Below, in pieces: positions 1 to 7,728 of a stretch of 64,000 nucleotides of DNA. The DNA lies in contig CAWADD010000002.1 in the NCBI GenBank assembly GCA_963780585.1, positions 7,906 to 71,905 on the forward strand. The letters run 5' to 3'. Positions within the stretch are counted from its first letter, which is position 1; the number at the start of each line of letters is the position of its first letter. A model generated the notes under the pieces. The model ran no database searches. It saw only the letters and a program-made list of their open reading frames with translations, and was not told the origin of the DNA. The DNA is from an uncultured Actinomycetes bacterium. GTDB lineage: Bacteria; Actinomycetota; Thermoleophilia; Solirubrobacterales; Solirubrobacteraceae. Both the position numbers and the translations under genes were made by a program.

Positions 1-754
1 GCGCGAGCCCGTTGAGGAAGACCGGGATCCGCAGCTCCTCGACGAGCGCGCGTAGCGCGTCCTCGCCGTGGCCCCAGTAGACGTCTGTGCCGGCCATGAT
101 CACCGGCCGCCGCGCGTCGCGCAGCAACGCGATCGCCGTCTCCAGCGCCGCGTCGTCGAGCCCGTCGGTCCCGGCCGGCCCTGCGCCACCGATCGCGGGC
201 AGCGCTGCGAACTCCCCCTCCGCGACAGCTTCGGAGAAGACGTGGTCGAGCGGGATGTCGACGAACGACGGCCCGCCGTGCGGCGTGACGGCGGCCGTCA
301 GGGCGGCATCGATCAGCGACGGGATCTGCGCCGTCCGCGACGCCGTCGCGGCGAGCTTCGTCAGCGACGCGACGAGCGGCAGATGGTCGATCTCTTGCAG
401 CGATCCCTGTCCCCAGCGCGCGGCGGGCGCCCGCCCGCCGAGCACGAGCATCGGCGAGTGGTTGAAGTGCGCGGAGGCGATCGCACTGATCGCGTTCGTC
501 ACGCCCGGGCCCGCGGTCAGCGCCGCGACGCCCGGGCGGCGCGTGACCTTCGCCCAGCCCTCGGCCGCGAACGCCGCGGTCTGCTCGTGGCGCACGTCGA
601 CGATCGCGATCCCTTCGGCGCGGCAGCCGTCGTAGATCGAGAACAGGTGCCCGCCGGAGAGGGTGAAGAGCGTCGTCACCCCATGCTCCTTCAGCCGGCG
701 TGCGACGAGGTGCCCGCCGACGGCCGGCGCCTCGCTCGACGATTCGGTCGTCAT
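1..754 (-). CDS. thiamine-pyrophosphate-dependent enzyme, acetolactate-synthase-like (N-terminal part; C-terminal part lies beyond the left edge)
   Basis: My translation of the minus strand from the ATG at 754-752 gives [44 protein letters not shown]...[29 protein letters not shown]. This is typical of the TPP-enzyme N-terminal domain. The ORF is absent from the track because it has no stop inside the window. Confidence 0.8.
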   Translation of the reverse strand, partial: MTTESSSEAPAVGGHLVARRLKEHGVTTLFTLSGGHLFSIYDGCRAEGIAIVDVRHEQTAAFAAEGWAKVTRRPGVAALTAGPGVTNAISAIASAHFNHSPMLVLGGRAPAARWGQGSLQEIDHLPLVASLTKLAATASRTAQIPSLIDAALTAAVTPHGGPSFVDIPLDHVFSEAVAEGEFAALPAIGGAGPAGTDGLDDAALETAIALLRDARRPVIMAGTDVYWGHGEDALRALVEELRIPVFLNGLA

Positions 755-838
755 CGAGCGGGGACGCTATCAATGAACAATGACGTTCACATGAACGCCA
801 TCGGATCGCCCGCGCTCCGACATTCGTCGACCGTGCGC

Positions 839-1465
839 TCAGACGGCGGCGCGCGCCGCGGCCGCTTCGAGCAGCCGGTCCTCGCCGCAGAACAGCCGCG
901 CGCCGACGCGGATCGCCGGCAGATGCAGCGCGCCAGCGGCGACGAGCCAGGCGCCGGCCTGCTCGATCGCGCGGTCGCGAGCGGCGTCGCCGCCGGCGGC
1001 AAGCGCCTCGCGCAGCCCGATCCCCGCCGCGGCCGCGGCCTCGGCGAGGATGTCCGGATCGTCAACGTCGAATCCGCCGCAGAACGCGAGCCGTGACGCC
1101 GCCAGGACGAAGGCCGCGCCGCAGCCGCGCTCGGCCGCCAGCGCAGCGACCCGCATCGCGCCGCGCACCGGCAGTGGGTGATTTTCGGGCCAGGTGAGCG
1201 GCAGGCCGAGCATCGCCGCGCGCTCGCCGACGGCACGTGCCGCGTCCTCGCGCCAGGCCGAGCGGCGCGCCGACGCGGTGCGCGCCGGCTGCCATTCGAG
1301 ACCTGCGAAGAGCCGCTCCGCTCGCTCGGCGGCGAGATATGTGTACGGCGAGCTGAGGTCGAAGAACAGCGTTGCCTCGACCGGCACGTGGCGCACGAGC
1401 GGCACGCGCCGTCGGCGCGCCGCGCGATGCGCTTGTAGCGAGGTCACGGTCCCCACGAGGTTCAT
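839..1465 (-). CDS. DsbA-family 2-hydroxychromene-2-carboxylate isomerase-like protein
   Basis: Track ORF 839..1507. The FFDLSSPYTYLA motif near the N-terminus is typical of the HCCA isomerase/DsbA-like family. I chose the internal Met (MNLVG) as start; 1507 or a later start is also possible. Confidence 0.6.
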   Translation of the reverse strand: MNLVGTVTSLQAHRAARRRRVPLVRHVPVEATLFFDLSSPYTYLAAERAERLFAGLEWQPARTASARRSAWREDAARAVGERAAMLGLPLTWPENHPLPVRGAMRVAALAAERGCGAAFVLAASRLAFCGGFDVDDPDILAEAAAAAGIGLREALAAGGDAARDRAIEQAGAWLVAAGALHLPAIRVGARLFCGEDRLLEAAAARAAV

Positions 1466-1548
1466 AACGCAGCGATCCGCGGAAACCTGCGGCAACCTTC
1501 GAGCCACGGGTTGACTTCGAACTGACTTCCCGGAGACTCGGGGCCACT

Positions 1549-2280
1549 ATGGTGCTGGAACGTCGGCACCGCCCCCAGTCCGACGGCTTGCGAGACATGA
1601 CGCCCCCCACCCCACCGCCGAAGCGGCACCCATACGCCCAGTGGGCGCCCGATGCGCGCGCACTCGACCTCATCGGGGACAAATGGACGCTGCTCATCGT
1701 CCGCGACCTGGCCGCCGGCCCGCGTCGCTTCGTCGAGCTGCAGCGCGTGCTGCCGGGCATCTCGACCGAGCAGCTGCGCTCGCGCCTGAATCGGATGGTC
1801 GCCGACGGCCTGCTGACCCGCCAGCGCTACCGCGAGGTGCCGCCCCGCGTCGACTACGAGCTGACGCCGCGCTCGCACGAGCTGCTCGAGGTGCTGGGCG
1901 CGCTCGCCCGCTGGGGGCTGCGCTGGGCATGGACCGCGCCGCGCGACGGCGAGGCGATCGACATCGGCGCGATCCTGCGCGTCGCTCCCGGGCTGATCAC
2001 CGCCCCCGCCGGCCTGTCAGGCACGGCCGAGCTCAGCGTCGAGCGCGACGACGGCACGAGCTACTACGCGATCACCGTCGCAGCGGGTAGCGCGACGATC
2101 GTCGAGCGCAAGGCCCCCGACGCCACCGCCCGCGTGCGCGGCAGCGAGGCCGACTGGATCGATGCGCTCGGCCCAGAAGCCGCGCGCGGGCAGCTCAGCA
2201 TCAGCGGCGACGAGCGGCTGGCGAACACCGTGCTCGACGGCGTCGGCGCGACCGCCGCACGCGGCGTGCGCGCGGCGTAG
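1549..2280 (+). CDS. HxlR-family winged-helix regulator with a C-terminal SCP2-like extension
   Basis: The sequence DLIGDKWTLLIVRDLAAGPRRFVELQRVLPGISTEQLRSRLNRMVADGLLTRQRY..VDYELT is the HxlR signature. About 110 further residues follow it. The start could instead be the Met at 1597. Confidence 0.8.
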   Translation: MVLERRHRPQSDGLRDMTPPTPPPKRHPYAQWAPDARALDLIGDKWTLLIVRDLAAGPRRFVELQRVLPGISTEQLRSRLNRMVADGLLTRQRYREVPPRVDYELTPRSHELLEVLGALARWGLRWAWTAPRDGEAIDIGAILRVAPGLITAPAGLSGTAELSVERDDGTSYYAITVAAGSATIVERKAPDATARVRGSEADWIDALGPEAARGQLSISGDERLANTVLDGVGATAARGVRAA

Positions 2281-2344
2281 CCGCCGCAGGCTGCCGCCAG
2301 CGCTCCGGCAAATGCGACCGTGAGCGCGCCGTGAGGTTACGCTC

Positions 2345-3361
2345 ATGCAGGCACGAATCGCTGCCGATGTCGTGCCGAGACCCCGCCGAAAGGACCCAAT
2401 CCTCGTGAACCGCCGCCTGCTGCCTACGCTGATCGTCGCCGTCGCATTGCTCGCCGTGCCGGCTGGAGCCGTGGCGAAGATCAACGTCGCCGTCGGAATC
2501 GGCGACCAGAGCGCGAAGATGTTCGATGACGCCAACTGGAAGGCGCTGAACATGAAGAAGACGCGCTACTTCATCGAGTGGAACGCGATCGACCAGCCCG
2601 GAGAGCTCACCAAGGCCGACGACTTCGTCAGCGCCGCCCGGCGTGAGGGCGTCAAGGTCCTGATGCACATCTCGACGGACGACATCAACTCCATCCCGCG
2701 CAGGGCGCTGCCCAGCGTCGCGGCATACAAGTCGAAGGTCGGTGCGCTGATCAGGCGCTACAAGGCGCAGGGCGTGACCGACTGGGGCGTCTGGAACGAG
2801 GCCAACCACAAGTCGCAGCCGACGACGAACAACCCGACGCGCGCGGCCCAGTTCTACAAGACCATGAAGGGCATGTGCTCGGGCTGCAAGATCGTCGCGC
2901 TCGACGTGCTCGACCAGGCCGGCGTCGAGAAGTACATCGCGCGCTGGCTCAAGGCGGCCGGCCCGTCGGGCAGGACCGCGAAGATCATCGGCATCCACAA
3001 CTACTCGCAGGTGAACCGCCGCATCACGGCCAAGAAGGCCTCCAACCGCTACCCCGGCACCGCGCGCATCATCAAGGCGGTCCGCAAGCGCAACAAGGCG
3101 GCGAAGTTCTGGTACACGGAGACGGGCGGGCTGGCGAAGTTCGGTGGCTCGTTCCCGTGCGACAAGAGCCGTCAGGCAAACCGCACGAGCTTCATGTTCG
3201 ACATGATCAAGACCTACGACAAGGACGTCGAGCGCCTCTACAGCTACAACTGGTTCGGCGCAAACTGCGAGCTCTTCGATGCTGGCCTCGTCGAGGCGGA
3301 CGGCACGGTGCGCTCGGCCTACACGACGTTCAAGAGCAAGCTCAAGAACACGACCAGGTAG
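2345..3361 (+). CDS. secreted clan GH-A-like glycoside hydrolase (putative)
   Basis: A signal-peptide-like segment (LLPTLIVAVALLAVPAGAVA) is followed by VWNEANH (candidate acid/base Glu) and FWYTETG (candidate nucleophile Glu), as in (beta/alpha)8 clan A hydrolases. An alternative GTG start lies at 2405. Confidence 0.6.
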   Translation: MQARIAADVVPRPRRKDPILVNRRLLPTLIVAVALLAVPAGAVAKINVAVGIGDQSAKMFDDANWKALNMKKTRYFIEWNAIDQPGELTKADDFVSAARREGVKVLMHISTDDINSIPRRALPSVAAYKSKVGALIRRYKAQGVTDWGVWNEANHKSQPTTNNPTRAAQFYKTMKGMCSGCKIVALDVLDQAGVEKYIARWLKAAGPSGRTAKIIGIHNYSQVNRRITAKKASNRYPGTARIIKAVRKRNKAAKFWYTETGGLAKFGGSFPCDKSRQANRTSFMFDMIKTYDKDVERLYSYNWFGANCELFDAGLVEADGTVRSAYTTFKSKLKNTTR

Positions 3362-3398
3362 CCCGACTGCCCGGGCGCGCGCGTAGGATCTGCGGCGC

Positions 3399-3482
3399 GC
3401 CCGGGTAGCCGAATGGCATAGGCGAGCGGTCTTAAAAACCGCTGCTCGCAAGAGCGTGCGGGTTCGAATCCCGCCCCGGGCA
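3399..3482 (+). tRNA. tRNA-Leu, anticodon UAA
   Basis: I folded the cloverleaf by hand. The acceptor stem is GCCCGGG/CCCGGGC. The anticodon stem GCGGT/ACCGC carries the loop CTTAAAA (anticodon TAA). A long variable arm (GCTCgcaaGAGC) and the T arm GCGGG-TTCGAAT-CCCGC follow, with discriminator A. CCA is not encoded. Confidence 0.9.
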
Positions 3483-3599
3483 TCCTCACGTTCTCCTCAC
3501 GACACGCCGCCGTTCAGCCGATACTCTGCAATCAACCAGAAACTTTTCGCCGGCTGCGGGGTTGCACCCAGCAGCGGCGGGAAATTCTCGCGTCAGCAC

Positions 3600-5135
3600 A
3601 TGGAAGCCACAGCACTCAAGCACGTCCCAGTCGGGATGCGGGGCCCGAGCCCCCTACTCCGCCTGCAGTCAGACGAGCGGCTGATCGCGCTTGTGCGACG
3701 CGGCAACAACGCCGCCTTCGAGACGCTCGTCGCGCGCTACCAGTCGCGCCTGCTGGCCTTCTGCCGCCACATGCTCGGTTCGCGCGAGGATGCCGAGGAC
3801 GTTCTGCAGGAGGTCTTCGCGGCCTCCTACAACGCGATCGTCGCTGACGAGCGCGCGATCCACGTACGGCCGTGGCTGTATCGCATCGCCCGTAACCGCT
3901 CGCTGAACCACCTGCGCCGCGTGCAGCCGATCGGCGTCGACTCGATGGACGTCCACATCTCCGAGGCCGGCATCACGACCGCCGACAAGGTGCACCGGCG
4001 CGAGGATTTCCGGATGCTCGTCGCCGACGTCCAGGACCTGCCCGAGACGCAGAAGACCGCGCTGCTGCTGCGCGAGATCGACGCGCTCTCCTACGAGCAG
4101 ATCGCCGAGGCGATGGAGACGACGATCCCGTCGGTCAAGTCGCTGCTCGTGCGCGCTCGCGTGTCGCTCGCCGAGGCCGCCGAGGCGCGCACGCTGACCT
4201 GCGAGCAGGTCCGCGAGGAGCTCGGCGAGGTCGCCGAGGGCCTGCGCCGCTCGACCGCGCCGGTCCGCCGTCATGTGCGCGGCTGCGAGCGGTGCCAGGG
4301 CTTCAAGTCGCAGCTGCGCAGCACGAACAAGGCGCTCGCCGCGGTCTTCCCCGTCGCGCCGCTGCTGCTGCTCAAGAAGGCGCTGCTGACGCAGTTCGGC
4401 ATGACCGCCTCGGCCGGAGCCGGCGGCGCCGCTGGTGCCGCGGTGACGACCGTGGCCGCGACCGGCGGCACGTCGGCGATGTCCGCCGGCATCAGCACGA
4501 TCGCGACGAAGACCGCCGCGACGCTCGCCGCCGCGGCGATCGTCACCGCCGGCGCGGTCGAGGTCAAGCACGTCCAGATGAAGATCTCCGAGCCTGCCCC
4601 GACGACGGCGCTCGCGCAGAAGCCCGAGCGCGTCGCCCACACCGCGCCCGAGGTCGTCGCGGCGGCGCAGCAGCCGACGACGCCGACGCGGGTGTCGCAC
4701 GTCTCAGCGCCCTCCAACGCGGCGCGCCTGTCCGCGCCGGGCGCGCAGGCGACGACCGCGTCGCTGCCCGCCGCGCTCAATCCCGAGCCGCTGCTCGCCA
4801 GCGTGCTCGGCCCGGCGACGCCGACCGAGGCGCCCGTCGTCGGCGTGACCGAGACGACCGTCACCAATCAGCCGACTCTTGCTGACACCACGCCGCCGGC
4901 GTCGACCGTTACGGACACGACGCCTGTGGCCACGACGCCGGACCCGACGCCGCTCGTCACGAAGCCCGACCCCGTCGATCCGAAGCCGACCGACCCCGTC
5001 GACACGAAGCCCGTCCCGACGGATCCCAAGCCCACGCCGACGGATCCGACCCCCACGCCGACCGATCCCACGCCCGTCCCGGGCACGGGCACAGGCACCG
5101 GCACAGGCACCGGCGGCACGACGCCGCACCCCTAG
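3600..5135 (+). CDS. ECF-type sigma-70 factor fused to a zf-HC2 (ZAS-like) anti-sigma motif, a hydrophobic segment and a Pro/Thr-rich tail
   Basis: Sigma region 2 is present (DVLQEVF...RPWLYRIARNRSLNHLRR), as is region 4 (LPETQKTALLLREIDALSYEQIAEAMETTIPSVKSLLVRAR). An H-x3-C-x2-C motif (RHVRGCERC, about 4272-4295) follows, then an Ala/Gly/Thr-rich hydrophobic stretch and a PT-rich C-terminus. The track ORF starts at 3456, inside the tRNA, so I used the Met at 3600. Confidence 0.8.
   Translation: MEATALKHVPVGMRGPSPLLRLQSDERLIALVRRGNNAAFETLVARYQSRLLAFCRHMLGSREDAEDVLQEVFAASYNAIVADERAIHVRPWLYRIARNRSLNHLRRVQPIGVDSMDVHISEAGITTADKVHRREDFRMLVADVQDLPETQKTALLLREIDALSYEQIAEAMETTIPSVKSLLVRARVSLAEAAEARTLTCEQVREELGEVAEGLRRSTAPVRRHVRGCERCQGFKSQLRSTNKALAAVFPVAPLLLLKKALLTQFGMTASAGAGGAAGAAVTTVAATGGTSAMSAGISTIATKTAATLAAAAIVTAGAVEVKHVQMKISEPAPTTALAQKPERVAHTAPEVVAAAQQPTTPTRVSHVSAPSNAARLSAPGAQATTASLPAALNPEPLLASVLGPATPTEAPVVGVTETTVTNQPTLADTTPPASTVTDTTPVATTPDPTPLVTKPDPVDPKPTDPVDTKPVPTDPKPTPTDPTPTPTDPTPVPGTGTGTGTGTGGTTPHP
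4962..5117 (+). repeat. low-complexity coding repeat: (P-T-D-P/K-P)n followed by (GT)5
   Basis: The translation reads KPDPVDPKPTDPVDTKPVPTDPKPTPTDPTPTPTDPTPVPGTGTGTGTGTGG. The DNA shows reiterated ccgacggatcc and ggcacmggc units. Confidence 0.8.
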
Positions 5136-5146
5136 CCGGGTCCGCC

Positions 5147-5476
5147 TCAGGCGATGCGGTCGCCCGGCTGCGAGCCCTCTTCGGGCTCGAGCAGCAGCAC
5201 CGGATGTTCGCCGGCGACCGCGCCGAGCACGAGCACCTCCGAGCGCACCGGCCCGATCTGACGCGGCGGGAAGTTCACGACGGCGACGATCAGCCGCCCT
5301 TCGAGCTGCTCGCGTGCGTAGTTCGTGATCTGTGCCGACGAGCGCTTCTCGCCGAGCTCCGGGCCGAAGTCGATCCGCAGCTTCCAGGCCGGCTTGCGCG
5401 CCTCGGGGAAGTCCTCGACCGCGATGATGCGCCCGACGCGCATGTCCACGCGCTCGAAGTCCGCCCACTCGATCAC
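5147..5476 (-). CDS. csaA: tRNA-binding protein CsaA (EMAP/OB-fold domain)
   Basis: This is the C-terminal part of track ORF 5147..6760: (M)IEWADFERVDMRVGRIIAVEDFPEARKPAWKLRIDFGPELGEKRSSAQITNY...VVNFPPRQIGPVRSEVLVLG. A GTG start at 5476 is preceded by GGGAGGAA. The rest of the 537-aa ORF is an Arg-rich artefact. Confidence 0.85.
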   Translation of the reverse strand: MIEWADFERVDMRVGRIIAVEDFPEARKPAWKLRIDFGPELGEKRSSAQITNYAREQLEGRLIVAVVNFPPRQIGPVRSEVLVLGAVAGEHPVLLLEPEEGSQPGDRIA

Positions 5477-6129
5477 GACGTTCCTCCCTTGCGGTCCTCT
5501 CCGAAGCGGAACGACCGCAGTGGCGTCTTCAGCGCCCCGTGGATGCCGATCTCGTCGGCGTTCGGCGTGCCGGCGGACGGTGTCGACTCGAGCTCGACGA
5601 TGACGCCGCGGCGAAGGCCTTCGGGCTCCTCCTCGACGAGCAGGTAGTGGCGACCGTACATCCGCCGCGCGCCCAGCTGGGCGCGGAACGTGACCTGGTA
5701 ACCGATCGCGTTGTTGATCCTTGCCCGGCCCTCGCCGACGAACTCGTAGCCCGCGTAGCGCCCGGGCAGCGTGCGCAGGTAGCTCGTCGCGTAGACCGGC
5801 AGCATCCCGCCGACAACCCCGCGGTAGGGCGGCAGCATGAGGTCGCGGACCGTGTAGGAGTCGAGGAACAGCCCGCGCCCGGAGTGCTCGAGCGCGACGA
5901 GCGCGCCCGGCGCGTCGACGCGCTGAAACTGCGAGCCGTAGATGAAGTTGAACGTCACCGGCTTGCGGATCAGGACGGCCGTCTCGTCGGGACGCGAGAT
6001 GATCACGACCGCGACGGCCCCGGCGAGCAAGACGGCCGCGAGCACGGCTGCGGCGATCCGCACGGGAAGCGAGCGGACGGCGAGCAGCTGCGGCAGCGTC
6101 GGGCCGTATTCGGCTTTCATCACGGGCAC
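5473..6129 (-). CDS. hypothetical membrane-anchored protein
   Basis: Track ORF with one N-terminal TM helix (IAAAVLAAVLLAGAVAVVII) and a balanced composition. Its stop overlaps the csaA start by 4 nt. I recognise no family. Confidence 0.6.
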   Translation of the reverse strand: MPVMKAEYGPTLPQLLAVRSLPVRIAAAVLAAVLLAGAVAVVIISRPDETAVLIRKPVTFNFIYGSQFQRVDAPGALVALEHSGRGLFLDSYTVRDLMLPPYRGVVGGMLPVYATSYLRTLPGRYAGYEFVGEGRARINNAIGYQVTFRAQLGARRMYGRHYLLVEEEPEGLRRGVIVELESTPSAGTPNADEIGIHGALKTPLRSFRFGEDRKGGTS

Positions 6130-6177
6130 GCGGCCATTCTGACGAGCGCCGCCGCATCACCACGCGGCGAGCGCCGG

Positions 6178-6453
6178 TCACTCGCCGATCGAGAAGAGCT
6201 GCTCGAGGTCGTGCTGGGAGAACGCCTCGAAGGCGACCATCGTGTGCGTGCGGGCAACGCCCGGCATCGACGAGATCTGGCCGGTCACGACGTCCGCGAG
6301 CTCCTCGTGCTGCTTGACGTGCACGATGCAGACGAAGTCCCACTCGCCGGTGACCGAGTAGGCCTCGCGCACCCCACCGATCGACGCGAGCGACCCGCCG
6401 AGCGTCGACATGACGTCGCGCTCGGCCTCGACGAGCACGATCGCATGGGTCAT
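6178..6453 (-). CDS. stand-alone Lrp/AsnC ligand-binding (RAM) domain protein
   Basis: The 91-aa protein (AIVLVEAERD...VREAYSVTGEWDFVCIVHVKQHEELADVV...MPGVARTHTMVAF) resembles the AsnC_trans_reg domain. It has no HTH. Confidence 0.7.
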   Translation of the reverse strand: MTHAIVLVEAERDVMSTLGGSLASIGGVREAYSVTGEWDFVCIVHVKQHEELADVVTGQISSMPGVARTHTMVAFEAFSQHDLEQLFSIGE

Positions 6454-6794
6454 TGCTCGCCCGCTTGCTTGTCCTCGCGGCGCGCCGCAAGCTCGCGCGC
6501 GAGCTCGAACCCGACCGACACGCCGACGAGCATCCCGAGCCGCGTCTCCTCCTCGACGAGCGTCCGGATCGCGACGAGGCGCTCGGCGGGATCCTCGGTG
6601 CCGGCGGCGCTGGCGAGCTGCGCGTCGTGGGCCTGGTCAAACCAGCCACCCTGCTGGAGCGCCTCGCCGAGCACGACCTGCAGGCCCGGTGCGGCGTGCG
6701 TGACGATCTCCTGGGCGTGGCCGAAGCGCTCGGGGTCCGACAGCGCCTCGACGGCCGCATCGACCTCCTCGGCGCTGTAGCGCGTCGCCGTCAC
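6450..6794 (-). CDS. hypothetical protein
   Basis: Track ORF with non-artefactual composition. It has 4-nt overlaps with both neighbours, an operon-like arrangement. Confidence 0.55.
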   Translation of the reverse strand: MTATRYSAEEVDAAVEALSDPERFGHAQEIVTHAAPGLQVVLGEALQQGGWFDQAHDAQLASAAGTEDPAERLVAIRTLVEEETRLGMLVGVSVGFELARELAARREDKQAGEQ

Positions 6795-7630
6795 CCGTTC
6801 GACCGTCGGGCCGCGAAGCCGAGGCCGACGATCGCCCCGAACGCGGCGCCGAACAGCCCGGCGAGCGCGCTGCCCTGCGAGAGCAGCGGGACGAGCAGCA
6901 GGACCGCGGCGATGACGAGCACGCCCAGCAGGTCGGCATCGTCGTCACCCTCGCCGCGACGGCGTTCGAGCAGCACCGGGACGAGCCAGGCGCAGAGCAG
7001 GCCGAGCGCGGCGCCGTGGGTGCCGTACACGTACGTCGTCACGTCGACCGCCGACGCCGCCGCCAGCGCGCCCGGTCCGCACAGCAAGAACAGCAGCACG
7101 ACCGCGATCGCGCCTTGGCGTCGCTCGATCAGCCAGCCGAACAGGCCGACGCCGACGACCGCGGCGAACTGCGCCGCCGTGCCGTCGTTGAGCAGCGCGG
7201 CGGTGAAGAAGCGCCACGGATCGCCGCCGACCGCGCTGATCGCGAAGTCCGCCTTGGCGTAGAAGGCCAGCGACAGCCACAGCCCGAAGGACATCGCGAC
7301 GAGGACGATCGTCGCGTACGGGCGGCCGTGCTCGTCGCCGCGGATCCCTGGGATCTCGCCGCTGCGCAGCCGGTCCAGCCGCGGCGTCGCGGGCTTCGCC
7401 GGCTTGGCCTGCTTGGCCGGCTTGGCCTTCGCCCGTCCGCCGCCGAAGCGCGGCGTGCCGCCGCCGAGCCGCGGGCCGCGCTTGGGCGCCTTGGCCGGAG
7501 GCGCGTCCGGGCGATCGATCCGCGGCGCCCGCTTGCGCAGCCGAGTCCCGCAGTACGGGCACTCCGTGATGTACGGACTCACCTCCGCCTGGCAGTTCTT
7601 GCATACGACGAAGAGGTCCGGAGACGACAT
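6791..7630 (-). CDS. rhomboid-like membrane protein with an N-terminal zinc ribbon; the catalytic dyad appears substituted
   Basis: The N-terminus carries CKNCQAEVSPYITECPYCG, a CxxC...CxxC ribbon. The multi-TM body has a rhomboid L1/TM2-like WRFFTAALLNDG. The GxSG position reads GTHGAALG and the TM6 His position reads AGLFGAAFG. Confidence 0.65.
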   Translation of the reverse strand: MSSPDLFVVCKNCQAEVSPYITECPYCGTRLRKRAPRIDRPDAPPAKAPKRGPRLGGGTPRFGGGRAKAKPAKQAKPAKPATPRLDRLRSGEIPGIRGDEHGRPYATIVLVAMSFGLWLSLAFYAKADFAISAVGGDPWRFFTAALLNDGTAAQFAAVVGVGLFGWLIERRQGAIAVVLLFLLCGPGALAAASAVDVTTYVYGTHGAALGLLCAWLVPVLLERRRGEGDDDADLLGVLVIAAVLLLVPLLSQGSALAGLFGAAFGAIVGLGFAARRSNG

Positions 7631-7728
7631 GGCAATCGATTCTACGGACCGGCCGAGGGCAACCGCGCATGCCCGTGATTAAGGGTTTCGCCCGTCCGAT
7701 CACCGCAAGCGGCGATCTGCCGGCGACG

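Noticed and set aside
3456-3599. Long-ORF starts at 3456 and 27757 lying inside tRNA-Leu and tRNA-Gln
   Set aside because: A coding start inside a tRNA gene is implausible. Downstream Met codons (3600 and 27832) give proper N-termini.
4962-5117. Possible CRISPR or minisatellite in the reiterated PT/GT region, and similar short reiterations at 7390-7440 and 10500-10525
   Set aside because: These repeats are in-frame low-complexity coding sequence (PT-rich, AKPAK, poly-Asp). They are short and degenerate and have no spacers. No CRISPR-like array exists in the window.
5477-6760. N-terminal 430 codons of track ORF 5147..6760
   Set aside because: The translation is Arg-rich nonsense overlapping three well-behaved genes in other frames. 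Only the last 109 codons (CsaA) are real.
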